Assembly (NCBI GenBank): GCA_022778545.1
Contig: JALFDW010000035.1
Coordinates: forward strand, 3,816 to 67,815
Length of the DNA stretch: 64,000 nucleotides
Direction of reading: 5' to 3'
From: a bacterium
GTDB taxonomy: Bacteria > Bacillota > Clostridia > Christensenellales > CAG-138
Under the pieces are notes generated by a model. That model ran no database searches. It was not told the origin of the DNA and saw only the letters and a list, made by a program, of their open reading frames with translations. Positions within the stretch are counted from its first letter, which is position 1, and each line of letters begins with the position of its first letter. This document shows positions 48,452 to 58,495 of this stretch, one piece after another. The translations under genes were made by a program, and so were the position numbers.

Positions 48452-50209
48452 TTAGGAAATGCGCGCCACGATCACGCTCATATCGTCTGCGCCGCTCCGC
48501 TCCCTTCCCGCCGCAAGGAGCGCTTCCGCCGCGTCATCCACCGTGTTCGCGCCGCCCACGCGTTCAATGATCGCCGCAAACAGCTCCGTGCCGAGCGCAT
48601 CGAACAGGCCGTCCGTCATCAGGATCACCGCATCCCCCCGGCGAAGGGCGCATTCATGCACGGAAGCCTGTGCCTCCGGCAGGATGCCGATGGGCAGCGC
48701 CTCCGCATACACCGTGTGGATCCGCCCGCCGCGCAGAATGTAAGCGGGCGGCGCTCCGTATTTTATGAAGCGGGCGCGGCCGTTTTCCAGGTCGATCAGC
48801 AGCGCATCCAGCGTGGCGTACATCTCCCGCTCCCCCTTGAGCATCAAAAGGCGGTTCACGCACTCCTGCGCCTCCTCCGGCGCGAACCCCACAGAGAGAA
48901 GATCCCCGAAGATCGCCACGGCAGCAGAGCTTTCCCTGCGGGCGCAGACGCCCGTCCCCATGCCGTCGCTCATCAGCAGGAGCAGTTCTCCGCCGATGCG
49001 CCGCATCGCCATGGAGTCCCCCGTTTCCGCATTGCCGGCTTTCGGGCAGCCCGCCACGCCCACATGCGCCGCAAAGCGGCAGCGTTTTTCCTGCGGCGCC
49101 TCCTCCGCGAGGCGCTCGATCACGCCGCTCACGCCTTGGAGCTGCCTGTGCGTAAACGCCGCATTTTCGTCTTCATCCGGCAAAAACAGCTCCGATACCG
49201 CGCGGATCACATCCGCCGCGCCCCGCAACTGCGCCCGCGTCAGGGCAAGAGCGCGTTCCGCTTCGCTGCGCGCCCGCCGGGTGGAATAGGCCGCAAGCCG
49301 CGCGAAACACCGGCCGGGCAGCAGCGCAAAGCCAAGCGCGCCAAGCCCCGCTTCCAAAAAAGCCGGGGCAGGAAGCGCAAACGTAGCCGCCGCAGCGGCC
49401 CACGCCGCGAGAAAGCTGCCTGCGATCCCCCATTTTCCGCTGCGCTGAAATATGGATGCAAAAAGCACCGCCAGGGAAAGCGCCCCCGTGCGCGCAATCT
49501 CCATGCCCCGCAGCATGCAGGCCGCGCCAAGCAGCACCGCAGCAGCAACGCCCTCTGCACCCCGCGCCCGCACGGCGCACAGCGCCGCAAACGCCGCAAA
49601 TGCCGCGCCAAAGGAGATGCATACCTCCGTGCCAAACGGGCTTGCAGAGGAGACCGAAAAGCGCAGGCAGGGCAGCGCAAACGAAAAAAGCGCCGCAAAA
49701 AACAGGAGCGCTGCCTGATCCGCCCCGCGCAAACGCCGGCCTGCCGCAAACGCGGAAAGAGCGGCCGCCCCGCGCGCTATAACGACTGCCGCAAGGCAGG
49801 AAAGCACCAGTTCCGCTATGCCGATGAGGCAATTTTCGGCGCTGCCGCCATGGAAAAACGGGAGCAGCACAAGATATGCAGCGCCAAGCAGCGCAAGCTT
49901 TTCCGGCGCGCGCAGCCGCCCGCGCCAAAGCCCGACAAGAAGCCCGCCGCCAACATAGAGCACAGAGGCCGCAAGCGCGGCAATGTTTCCGGCGAGGAGC
50001 GCCCCTGCCGCCGCACCCAAAAGCGCCGGGAAGGGTGGAGAGCCCATCAGCCAGGCTCCCGCCACGGCAGCCGGCCCGAGCGGCGCAAACCCGGTCTGCC
50101 CGGCAGCCGCAAACAGGAACGCAAGCGCGGTCTCAAGCGCGCGCAAAACGCCAAATGCCCGCAGGCGCGGCAGCACCACCGCGCGCAGCCTTTGCAGCGT
50201 CTCCGTCAT
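48452..50209 (-). CDS. spoIIE: Stage II sporulation protein E-type membrane PP2C phosphatase
   Basis: Trimmed to ATG 50209 (RBS GGGGAGGGA). About 10 TM N-terminal half; C-terminal PP2C motifs LLLMSDGMG, ILMTDGLFD, DDMSVIVARI. Confidence 0.8.
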   Translation of the reverse strand: MTETLQRLRAVVLPRLRAFGVLRALETALAFLFAAAGQTGFAPLGPAAVAGAWLMGSPPFPALLGAAAGALLAGNIAALAASVLYVGGGLLVGLWRGRLRAPEKLALLGAAYLVLLPFFHGGSAENCLIGIAELVLSCLAAVVIARGAAALSAFAAGRRLRGADQAALLFFAALFSFALPCLRFSVSSASPFGTEVCISFGAAFAAFAALCAVRARGAEGVAAAVLLGAACMLRGMEIARTGALSLAVLFASIFQRSGKWGIAGSFLAAWAAAAATFALPAPAFLEAGLGALGFALLPGRCFARLAAYSTRRARSEAERALALTRAQLRGAADVIRAVSELFLPDEDENAAFTHRQLQGVSGVIERLAEEAPQEKRCRFAAHVGVAGCPKAGNAETGDSMAMRRIGGELLLLMSDGMGTGVCARRESSAAVAIFGDLLSVGFAPEEAQECVNRLLMLKGEREMYATLDALLIDLENGRARFIKYGAPPAYILRGGRIHTVYAEALPIGILPEAQASVHECALRRGDAVILMTDGLFDALGTELFAAIIERVGGANTVDDAAEALLAAGRERSGADDMSVIVARIS

Positions 50210-50315
50210 GATCCATCCCTCCCCAATGCGCTGTGTAAGGCTCATGATACATGCTTGTCCACAAAAAGGATGCCGAACAAATGTGATAAAAATGCGCGAA
50301 TCCTGCAATACTCTG

Positions 50316-50334
50316 CCGGATATATCCGGATATA
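50316..50334. promoter_or_regulatory. Perfect 14-bp palindrome / 10-bp tandem repeat in the spoIIE-nadE divergent region
   Basis: CCGGATATATCCGG (50316-50329); can also be read as CCGGATATAT CCGGATATA. Confidence 0.4.
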
Positions 50335-50499
50335 CCCTGAGAAGCAAAGCGTTTGCGGTGTTCTTCACTTTGTGGTATTCTTTTATTGTTGTATCGTCGG
50401 CCTAAAAAGCCGATTCACAGGAATCACTTCGCCCGCAGCCCATGCGGCGCAAGCCATTTTATTCAAGCAAAAAAACATGCAGTTCCGGAGGTTTCTTCC

Positions 50500-52278
50500 A
50501 TGCCGAACGTTCTTCGCGCCGTTGGCCTCTCCGCGCCCGTGCGGCTTGCCGCCGCATCCCCCGCCATCGTGCTGTGCGACCCCATGCGCAACGCGGATGC
50601 GGTCATTCGCGCCATTCTCCATGCGGAAGAGCAGAAAGTCGATTATCTTGCCCTGCCCGAGCTTTGCCTGACCGGAGCAACGGCGGGCGCACTGCTGCGC
50701 CATCCTCTCATTTTGCAGGAATCCCGCGCCGCGCTCCACAAGATCTGCGATGCGACCGCCCGCTGCGGCGTCACGGCCGGCATCGGCCTGCCATACCTGA
50801 TCAACGGGCGCGTCATGAGCTGCACGGCGCTCGTGCGCGGCGCGCGCATCTATGCCATTCTCCCCGCAGTCTCCCCGGAAAACCCTTACGGCTTTCTGCC
50901 GGAAACCGACCACTGCCTCCACCGGCGGCAGCCTCTCACACCCGTCCCGCGCCTCACGGTAGCGTTTGGAAACGAGCTGTTTGAGCAGGAAGCAGATGTG
51001 CGGGAAGGGTATATGCAGCTCATGCCTTCCTCCCTCAACGCAACGGCTTCGAGCTTCCATGAAGTGAAGGCCGCACTCGCCCAACGCAGCGCGCGCACGG
51101 GCATGGCCATTGCCTATGCTGCGGCAGGCACAGGGGAAAGCGGCGGCGCTTTCGTGTTCGATGGCGTATGCGCCATTGCGGCGCGCGGCGAGTTGCTCGC
51201 CTGCAGTGAGCCGCTTGCGGAGGAGCCCTTCGTATATGCCGATGTGCGCCCGGATCAGCTCACCGCCTTTGAGCCTTATGCCGCCGCGCAGCCCGATTCC
51301 GGCCGCTACATCAGCGCAGACCCAGCGCTTGCTTCAGAGGAACTCTCCCGCCTGTTGGATCTGCAGGCGGCCGCACTGTGCAGGCGGCTCACGCACATCC
51401 GCGGCCGCGGTTTTGTGGTCGGCGTGTCCGGCGGGCTGGACAGCGCGCTGGCTCTGCTTGCCTCCGCCGCCGCGGCGGACAGGCTCAGGCTGCCGCGCAC
51501 AAGCGTCGTAGGCGTTTCCATGCCGGGGTTTGGCACATCGGGCCGCACGAAAAACAACGCGGCGCTCCTTGTGCGCGCGCTTGGCTGCGAATACCGGGAG
51601 ATCAGCGTTGTTCCCGCCTGCCGGCAGCACTTTGCGGATATCGGGCACGCGGAAAGCGACCACAGCGTCGTATACGAAAACGCGCAGGCGCGTGAACGCA
51701 CACAGATCCTGCTCTCCATCGCCAACGCCGAAGGCCTGCTCGATGTGGGCACAGGCGACCTTTCCGAAGCCGCGCTCGGCTGGACGACCTTCGGCGGCGA
51801 CCATCTCGCGCAGTATGGCATCAATGCCTCCATCCCCAAAACGGTCGTGCGCCGCGCCGTGGCCGCAGCGAAATCCCGCTTCCCCGCAGCGGCGGACGTG
51901 CTGCAGGATATTCTCGACACGCCGGTAAGCCCGGAGCTTCTGCCCGCGGAAAACGGGGAGATCGCCCAGAGGACGGAGGAGCTCGTCGGCTCCTACGAGC
52001 TGCATGATTTCTTCCTCTGGCATCTGCTCCGGGGAAAGAGCCCCCGCGCGCTGTTCGAGCTTGCCCGGGAGCAGCTCGACTTCCCGCCGAAAGAGATCCA
52101 CCGGGTGCTCGGCATCTTTTTAAAGCGCTTCTTCTCGCAGCAGTATAAGCGCAGCTGCGCTCCAGAAGCGCCAAAGCTTCTCGTCTCCATCGCGCCCGCC
52201 GCGCTGCCCCTGCCTTCGGATCTTTCGGCAGCGCCGTTCCTGCGCGAGTACGAATCGCTCTCCATCGATGAAAAATAA
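50500..52278 (+). CDS. nadE: NAD+ synthase (two-domain form)
   Basis: Trimmed to ATG 50500 (RBS GGAGG). PP-loop VGVSGGLDSAL; N-terminal CN-hydrolase-like domain. Confidence 0.85.
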   Translation: MPNVLRAVGLSAPVRLAAASPAIVLCDPMRNADAVIRAILHAEEQKVDYLALPELCLTGATAGALLRHPLILQESRAALHKICDATARCGVTAGIGLPYLINGRVMSCTALVRGARIYAILPAVSPENPYGFLPETDHCLHRRQPLTPVPRLTVAFGNELFEQEADVREGYMQLMPSSLNATASSFHEVKAALAQRSARTGMAIAYAAAGTGESGGAFVFDGVCAIAARGELLACSEPLAEEPFVYADVRPDQLTAFEPYAAAQPDSGRYISADPALASEELSRLLDLQAAALCRRLTHIRGRGFVVGVSGGLDSALALLASAAAADRLRLPRTSVVGVSMPGFGTSGRTKNNAALLVRALGCEYREISVVPACRQHFADIGHAESDHSVVYENAQARERTQILLSIANAEGLLDVGTGDLSEAALGWTTFGGDHLAQYGINASIPKTVVRRAVAAAKSRFPAAADVLQDILDTPVSPELLPAENGEIAQRTEELVGSYELHDFFLWHLLRGKSPRALFELAREQLDFPPKEIHRVLGIFLKRFFSQQYKRSCAPEAPKLLVSIAPAALPLPSDLSAAPFLREYESLSIDEK

Positions 52279-52380
52279 AGAAGAGTCGCCGCACAGCCTT
52301 GCCTTTCCGCCGCGGTTGTGTTATCGTAAGGAAGCGCCGAAAATGGCGCGGAAATTTCAGGAAAGGAAACGTGAAACGCA

Positions 52381-53610
52381 ATGAGAAACGCATACGACGT
52401 ACTCACAGAGCGCGGCTTCATCAAGCAGTCGTCGCACCCCGAGGAACTTCATGAGCTTTTGGGAAAGGAGCGTGTCACTTTCTATATCGGCTTTGACCCC
52501 ACTGCGGACAGCCTGCACATCGGCCACTATGTTGCGCTCATGACCATGGCGCACATGCAGCGCTGCGGCCACAGGCCCATTGTGCTGCTCGGCGGCGGCA
52601 CGGCCGCTATCGGCGATCCTTCCGGCAAAACGGACATGCGCCGCATGATGACCCGGGAAGAGCTCGACCACAACGCCTCCTGTTTCCAGAAGCAGATGGC
52701 GCGCCTTGTTTCTTTTGAAGGCGAAAACGCCGCCATCCTCGCCAACAACGCGGAATGGCTCCGGAACCTCAACTTCCTCGATTTCATGCGCGACATCGGC
52801 GTGCATTTCTCCGTGAACCAGATGCTCCGCGCGGAATGCTACAAGCAGCGCATGGAGCGCGGGCTCACCTTCTTTGAGATGGGCTATATGCTCATGCAGA
52901 GCTACGACTTTCTCATGCTCAACCGCAAATACGGCTGCTGTCTCCAAATGGGCGGCGACGACCAGTGGAGCAACATCCTTGGCGGCGCAGACCTCATCCG
53001 CCGCAAGGAGCAGAAGCCCGCTTACGCGCTCACGACAGCCCTCCTCACCACAAGCGAAGGCAAGAAGATGGGCAAGACCGAAAAGGGCGCACTCTGGCTC
53101 GACCCGGAAAAGACCAGCGTCTACGACTTCTATCAATACTGGCGCAATGTGGACGATGCGGATGTAAAGAAGTGCCTCTCGCTCCTCACGTTCATTCCCA
53201 TGGATGAAGTCAACGCCATGACGGCGGAGGGCGGCGCGGCGCTCAACGCGGCGAAGCGCACGCTTGCATACACGCTCACCGCGCAGGTGCACGGCGAAGA
53301 AGAAGCCAGGAAAGCCCAACAGGCCGCCGAAGCGCTCTTTGGCGGCGGCGGCAGCCTCGAAAACATCCCGACGGTGGCGCTCACCCCGGCGGATGTGGAA
53401 GCGACCGGCCTGCGCGTGGTGGATCTTCTTGTCGCAGGCAAGCTCTGCAAGAGCAAAAGCGACGCGCGGCGCATGATCGAAAGCGGCGCGGTGCTGATGA
53501 ATGATGTGAAGGTCACAGACGTGGCCGCGGCAGCCGATCCGGCGAAGCTTGCGGATGGCATCGTGCTCAAAAAGGGCAAGAAGAGTTATGTCCGCGTGAT
53601 CGGCGGTTGA
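52381..53610 (+). CDS. tyrS: Tyrosine--tRNA ligase
   Basis: HIGH motif (SLHIGHY), KMSKS variant KMGKT, C-terminal S4 domain. Confidence 0.95.
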   Translation: MRNAYDVLTERGFIKQSSHPEELHELLGKERVTFYIGFDPTADSLHIGHYVALMTMAHMQRCGHRPIVLLGGGTAAIGDPSGKTDMRRMMTREELDHNASCFQKQMARLVSFEGENAAILANNAEWLRNLNFLDFMRDIGVHFSVNQMLRAECYKQRMERGLTFFEMGYMLMQSYDFLMLNRKYGCCLQMGGDDQWSNILGGADLIRRKEQKPAYALTTALLTTSEGKKMGKTEKGALWLDPEKTSVYDFYQYWRNVDDADVKKCLSLLTFIPMDEVNAMTAEGGAALNAAKRTLAYTLTAQVHGEEEARKAQQAAEALFGGGGSLENIPTVALTPADVEATGLRVVDLLVAGKLCKSKSDARRMIESGAVLMNDVKVTDVAAAADPAKLADGIVLKKGKKSYVRVIGG

Positions 53611-53683
53611 CAAACGGGCATTTCCCGGTGAAAATGAATGGAAGGGCGTATACCCTTCCATTTTCCTTATGAAAGGAGCCTCC

Positions 53684-54322
53684 ATGGACGCATTCAGGAC
53701 CATCGCCCATGCCTCGGAAGAGGAATTTGTCATCAACCGCTCGCGCTTCATCGGGCGGTGCTTTCCGGTACAAACGGAAGAGGAAGCGCTTGCCCACCTT
53801 GCCGCGCTCCGCAAGCAGCATTATGACGCCACGCATAACTGCTATGCTTACCGCATCGGCACCCGCGGCGAAACGGCGCGTTTCTCGGATGACGGCGAAC
53901 CCTCCGGCACTGCAGGCATGCCCATGATGGAAGTGCTCACGGCCAACGACGTGACCAACGTGCTCTGCGTTGTGACCCGCTATTTCGGCGGCATCCTGCT
54001 CGGCGCGGGCGGGCTTGTGCGCGCCTATTCACGGGGTGCGGCGGAGGCGGTACGCGCAGCGGGCGTGGTGCACTATACGCCCGGCACGGCGCTTGAATTC
54101 ACCGTGGATTACGCGCGCTACGGCGCGGTGGAAGCTTTTGTGCGCGCAAACGCTGAGATCGACACGCTGGATTTCGCGGAAGCCGTCCATCTCCGCGTGC
54201 TTGTGGAAAACGCCGAGGCGGATGCATTCACGGCCGAGATCGTGGAGCGCACGGACGGCCGTTCCGTTCCCGCACACTGCGGCGAAGGATATCTCATCCG
54301 CCCGGAAACGCCGAAATCGTAA
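53684..54322 (+). CDS. yigZ: YigZ/IMPACT family protein
   Basis: Trimmed to ATG 53684 (RBS AAAGGAG). NCYAYRIG...FSDDGEPSGTAGMPM motif. Confidence 0.85.
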   Translation: MDAFRTIAHASEEEFVINRSRFIGRCFPVQTEEEALAHLAALRKQHYDATHNCYAYRIGTRGETARFSDDGEPSGTAGMPMMEVLTANDVTNVLCVVTRYFGGILLGAGGLVRAYSRGAAEAVRAAGVVHYTPGTALEFTVDYARYGAVEAFVRANAEIDTLDFAEAVHLRVLVENAEADAFTAEIVERTDGRSVPAHCGEGYLIRPETPKS

Positions 54323-54407
54323 ACAATTTGTACGCTTATTCCCTTGCGGGCGCTTTTGCGGTATAATGATGCTGAATCAGAATGGAAACCTCAAGGAGTT
54401 GCAATAG

Positions 54408-56039
54408 ATGATGCGAAACCTGAAACAACGCTTCCTGGCCATCGTGGCCGCCGCGCTTTGCCTTTTCCTGTGCTCAAGCGCTTTTGCTGCGGAGATCACG
54501 GGGAGCTCCAACCCGGAATCGCTTTCTGCTTCCGGCAACGTAACGTTCAACTTCACGATGCGCAACGACAGCGATGCCGCGATGACGGATATCCGGATTC
54601 TCTACAACGGCAGCGAGTTTTTCACGACCTCCGGCGTTTCGATCGCCCCCGGCGAAAGCCATTCCTTCACAAGCTCGCCCCTCACCGTGCCGGACGCGCT
54701 CATCGGCCAGCCCATTACCTTTGATGTGACCTGGTTTGAAGATGGCGAAGCAAAGAGCGCGCAGCCTTCCATCACCGTGAAAAGCGCCGTGAACGACCCT
54801 TCCGCCCAGCTGCCGCAGACCGTTTCCATAACGGCGCAGCGCTCGGTCAGCACTTCGCAGGCCTCCACGGGTGAAGTCATCACGCTCACCTATACCATCA
54901 CCAACAGCGGCGTGGCTCCCATCACGGGCGTCTCCATCACCGATAAGGAGATCGGCGGCCGCGACCCGATGGTGAAGGACATTACCGTGCAGCCCGGCGT
55001 CCCCTATGTGTTTACTTATGAATACACAATGGGGCGTACCACCGTCACAAGCTCCCCCGTCATCTCCTATCTGCTGCCGGACGGCACGGAAGGCAAGGTG
55101 ACGGTTGCGGACAAGGTGCTCGGCATGATCAATTCCCGCCTGAGCGTTGCGGTGACGCAGGGCGTTGCGTCAGCGGAAGGCCAGACCTTTACGCTCACGC
55201 TCACCAACGACGGCAACCAGCGCATCAGCAAGCTCAAGGTCACGGATGAGCTTGGCAACGCTGTTGCGGATGCTTTCCAGCTCGCCATCGGCGAGAGCAA
55301 AACGCTCACCTATACCGTTCCCACTGCTGAAGCGCGCAACGTTGTGTTCTACATCGAGGGCGTGGACGGCGTCGGCCAGCAGTATTCCGACAAAACGGAA
55401 AGCTATGCCGTGCGCAAATACATCGACCCTTCGCTCATCGGCATAAACTTCTCCGCGGCCGTGGTGGAAACGCTCAACAGCGCAGGCTCGATCACGGTCA
55501 ATTTTACCGTGGAGAACACGGGCAGCCTCACGATGCACGACCTTGTCCTCCGGGAGAGCGAATACGGAGAGATCTACCGGCTCGATACCTTTGAACCCGG
55601 CACGCAGTCCATCAACCAGAAGGTCAATGTCGGCGCTCCGCGGAACCTCACCTTTACGCTTGAAATCTCCGACCCTTCCGGCAATCCTTACACCTATACC
55701 ACCTATATCACGGCGGATTATGTCGGCACAGCTGCCGCAACGGATAACACGCCCACGATCGAAACGCCCACGGATCTTGTTGCGGAAGTTGGCTCTTCCG
55801 TAAGCTCCGCACTGCGCACGGTGCTCATCGTGCTGGCCGTGCTTACCGTGCTGGCGGGAATCGCCCTCATCATCCTCTCCTCGCTGGAGAAGAAAGAGCG
55901 GCAGCGCATCGCGCGCCGCCGTGCCGCCCGGGAGCGCAGGCTGCGCGAGCAGGCGCTCGAAGCGGCCGGCATGCTGCCCCGCAGCGGAGGCAATGCTCCG
56001 GCAGATGGCTCCACGCGCGTGCCCCGTTCCAGAGAATGA
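54408..56039 (+). CDS. Surface protein with about five CARDB/DUF11-like Ig repeats, signal peptide and C-terminal TM anchor
   Basis: Signal peptide MMRNLKQRFLAIVAAALCLFLCSSAFA. Repeat cores VTFNFTMRNDS, ITLTYTITNSG, FTLTLTNDGN, VNFTVENTGS. TM followed by an Arg-rich tail. Confidence 0.7.
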   Translation: MMRNLKQRFLAIVAAALCLFLCSSAFAAEITGSSNPESLSASGNVTFNFTMRNDSDAAMTDIRILYNGSEFFTTSGVSIAPGESHSFTSSPLTVPDALIGQPITFDVTWFEDGEAKSAQPSITVKSAVNDPSAQLPQTVSITAQRSVSTSQASTGEVITLTYTITNSGVAPITGVSITDKEIGGRDPMVKDITVQPGVPYVFTYEYTMGRTTVTSSPVISYLLPDGTEGKVTVADKVLGMINSRLSVAVTQGVASAEGQTFTLTLTNDGNQRISKLKVTDELGNAVADAFQLAIGESKTLTYTVPTAEARNVVFYIEGVDGVGQQYSDKTESYAVRKYIDPSLIGINFSAAVVETLNSAGSITVNFTVENTGSLTMHDLVLRESEYGEIYRLDTFEPGTQSINQKVNVGAPRNLTFTLEISDPSGNPYTYTTYITADYVGTAAATDNTPTIETPTDLVAEVGSSVSSALRTVLIVLAVLTVLAGIALIILSSLEKKERQRIARRRAARERRLREQALEAAGMLPRSGGNAPADGSTRVPRSRE

Positions 56040-56065
56040 GGAAAGCCTGAATCATAAGCCACATC

Positions 56066-56102
56066 AAAAGTCCCCCTGCTTAATGGGCAGGAGGACTTTT
56101 TC
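56066..56102. terminator. Bidirectional rho-independent terminator
   Basis: AAAAGTCCCCCTGC-loop-GCAGGAGGACTTTT (one mismatch), followed by TTTTTCT. Confidence 0.8.
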
Positions 56103-56131
56103 TACAGCTTTCTCAGTTTTCTTTACGCTTC

Positions 56132-56920
56132 TTACTCCGCCTCCCATGCGGGAATGTCCGCAAGGGCAAGCGTGATCTCACGCATGGCGCGCTCTGCCTC
56201 GGGCACGTTCGTGCGGTTCGTAGCAAAGCAGATCACAAACGGCTCTTTGGCATACACCACGCCCACGTCGTTCGTGATGCCGCTGTCCTCGCCCGTCTTG
56301 TGCGCTACCTCCAGCTCCCCACGCAGATAGCCGGGGATCTTGTGGTTGATCTGCTGATCGAGCAGCGTGTCTTCCACGATCCGGGAGGTTGCTTCATCCA
56401 CAAACGTATGCCGGTAAATGCGCTCGAGCAGGCCGCCCATCTCGCGCGGGACGATCTTGTTCTGCTTTCCCAAAGCGTCCCCAGCGCTGTCAAACAGCAG
56501 CCGCTCGATGTGCGTGTCCTGAAGGCCGATCTCCCGGAATTCCCGGTTGAGCGTTTCAATGCCAAAGTGGCGCATGATCATGTTGGTGGCCATGTTGTCG
56601 CTGATGGTGATCATCAGCCCGCAAAGCGTCTTGAGCCGCACGGAAGGTTCGTCCTCGAAGAAACGCAGTGCGCCGCAGGAGGGGACGCGTTCCTCGTTGC
56701 GCGCGATGAGCCTGTCCTCCCAGGAAGCCTTGCCTTCCGCCACGAGCTTTGCAACCGCGGCGAACATGGGTAGCTTGATGACGCTTGCCGCCATAAACAT
56801 TTCGTTTTCATTCAGCCCCAGCTCTTCACCCGTGGTGAGGTCCTTGAAATAGAAGCCGACTTTGCCGGGCACTTGGGCAAGTCGTTCCAAGATGAAGCTT
56901 TTATCCAGTTTTCGTGCCAT
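56132..56920 (-). CDS. Class A beta-lactamase-related serine hydrolase
   Basis: SxxK (ASVIKL), SDN (ISDNMA), KTG (HKTGED) motifs; no signal peptide seen. Confidence 0.75.
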   Translation of the reverse strand: MARKLDKSFILERLAQVPGKVGFYFKDLTTGEELGLNENEMFMAASVIKLPMFAAVAKLVAEGKASWEDRLIARNEERVPSCGALRFFEDEPSVRLKTLCGLMITISDNMATNMIMRHFGIETLNREFREIGLQDTHIERLLFDSAGDALGKQNKIVPREMGGLLERIYRHTFVDEATSRIVEDTLLDQQINHKIPGYLRGELEVAHKTGEDSGITNDVGVVYAKEPFVICFATNRTNVPEAERAMREITLALADIPAWEAE

Positions 56921-57137
56921 TGCGCGTTCCTCCGATTCGCTTGAAATGTCCTTTGGGTTCGCTTTTGATTATATCGCCTCAGACCCATTTCGGCAACCGG
57001 TCGATTGATTTCCTTCCAGGCAGAGTTTGCGCCGTTCCCCGTGCAGCTTCGCAAATCTACAATCTTTTCGGTTGAATTGGCGCTCCGTTTATGTTACTTT
57101 GAATATATCTCACCGTTTGACCCGGAGGTGAACCCAC

Positions 57138-58421
57138 ATGATAAAGCGCAGGAGCCTTCCCATCCTGCTTGCAGCGCTGTTCCTCCTCTCTGCCGGCTGC
57201 GACAGTCCTTCTGGCGCGCCCGCTGCGCAGACGCCCGGCACGGCGGACAAGCCCGGCACAGAACTCCCTGCCACGCAAACGCCCGGTGAAACGCCGGCGT
57301 CTTCGGATGCGCTCTTTTATGCGGATCGGACGAACACTATATATTTCCCGGAAGGCACGGGCGATGCGGATGCAGAATACGTCCTGACTTACAGGCTGCC
57401 CGTGTTCATGCCGGAAGAGCTCAACTGTGCGGCGCTCAACGCAGCGCTTTCACTCTATGAGGAGGAACTGACCGAGCGCGTGCGCACGGAACGCCTTCCG
57501 CTTGCCGACCGCGTTGCGGGGGAAGCAGCGCCCTCCACGAGCGTGGATTTTGAAGCCTCCTTCGCAGGCGGTTATTGGAACATTCTCCTGTTTGAGACCG
57601 TATCATACGGTGCCGAAAGCGAAACGCTCCCGTTTGCCCTTGTGCTGGATGGAAGCGGAAACGAGCAGAGTTTTGCCGCAGTATCCGGGCAATACGAGCC
57701 GGAGCCACTCGTGGCACAGCAGGTGTACAACGCCATCGACCAGAATCCGGATGCTTACTTCGGCGACATCACGCCGGAGGATGTGCGCCTTGTGCTTGAC
57801 CTCATGAACGGTTTCGCAGTTACGGATGCAGGGTATGAGATTTTCATCCGCTCCGGCGCGCTTGCTCCCGCAGAGGCCGGCATCCTCACGTTTTCCATTC
57901 CACGCGCGGCACTCTACCCGGATTGCGTTGGGGAATCGCTTTCCATCGCGGAATATGAAACACTCCTTCCCGCATTCCATGCAATCGCCGCAGCCTGCGC
58001 GCCGAATTATGAAGGCTTTACGGACGGTTCTCCCTCCGCTTATACCGCAAGCGCATTCCTGACGCAAATGCTCACCACCGGCAGCGAGGATGCGCTCTGG
58101 AAGGATATCCCGGAAGACGCGTACAAAGCATCCTTTGCGGATTATTTCACCGGCATTTTCCCGGCAGATCTCACAGAATGGGGCGACGGAACGCTCCTGC
58201 AAGACGGCGCATACCGTGTTCCGGTGCGCCCGCGTGCCGCTTATGCCCTGCGCGTGGATGAAGCCGTACGCACGGAGAAAACGCTTGTAATTTACGGCAT
58301 GCTTCTCTATGGCATTCCCGGCACCGAGGAGGCCGGTGAACTCGCCGCGCTCGTGCTCACGCTCACCATAGATGCAGCTGCGCCGCTCGGGTTCCGCTTC
58401 CTTTCAGCAGAGCTTGCCTGA
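57138..58421 (+). CDS. Lipoprotein of unknown function
   Basis: MIKRRSLPILLAALFLLSAGC lipobox, Pro/Thr-rich linker, 427 aa. Possible DUF3298/RsiV-like fold (not verified). Confidence 0.6.
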   Translation: MIKRRSLPILLAALFLLSAGCDSPSGAPAAQTPGTADKPGTELPATQTPGETPASSDALFYADRTNTIYFPEGTGDADAEYVLTYRLPVFMPEELNCAALNAALSLYEEELTERVRTERLPLADRVAGEAAPSTSVDFEASFAGGYWNILLFETVSYGAESETLPFALVLDGSGNEQSFAAVSGQYEPEPLVAQQVYNAIDQNPDAYFGDITPEDVRLVLDLMNGFAVTDAGYEIFIRSGALAPAEAGILTFSIPRAALYPDCVGESLSIAEYETLLPAFHAIAAACAPNYEGFTDGSPSAYTASAFLTQMLTTGSEDALWKDIPEDAYKASFADYFTGIFPADLTEWGDGTLLQDGAYRVPVRPRAAYALRVDEAVRTEKTLVIYGMLLYGIPGTEEAGELAALVLTLTIDAAAPLGFRFLSAELA

Positions 58422-58445
58422 GGCTCCACACCCGCAGAGTTATCA

Positions 58446-58484
58446 CAAAAAACAGCCGCGCGGCGGGAAACCCGCCGCGCGATT
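58446..58484 (-). terminator. Hairpin terminator, copy 1 of a duplicated 36-39-bp element
   Basis: CAAAAAACAGCCGCGCGGCGGGAAACCCGCCGCGCGATT; 10-bp GC stem; on the minus strand it is followed by CTGTTTTTTG. Confidence 0.75.
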
Positions 58485-58495
58485 CGCTTCTGCGT

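Noticed and set aside
52279-52380. T-box leader upstream of tyrS
   Set aside because: The spacer after nadE is only about 100 nt and lacks the conserved T-box sequence (AAnnnGGGTGGTACCGCG-like) and a specifier/antiterminator arrangement. Only a small hairpin GCGCC-gaaaat-GGCGC is present.
21589-53814. Other long antisense ORFs: 21589..22710 -, 22726..24201 -, 28986..30455 -, 32283..33977 -, 38753..39973 -, 41040..42497 -, 48656..50671 +, 52357..53814 -
   Set aside because: Each lies opposite a gene with strong family motifs (DSD1, MATE, YyaL, DUF1015, ABC, SpoIIE/NadE, TyrS), and the translations are Arg/His/Ala-rich. They are kept out of the feature list.
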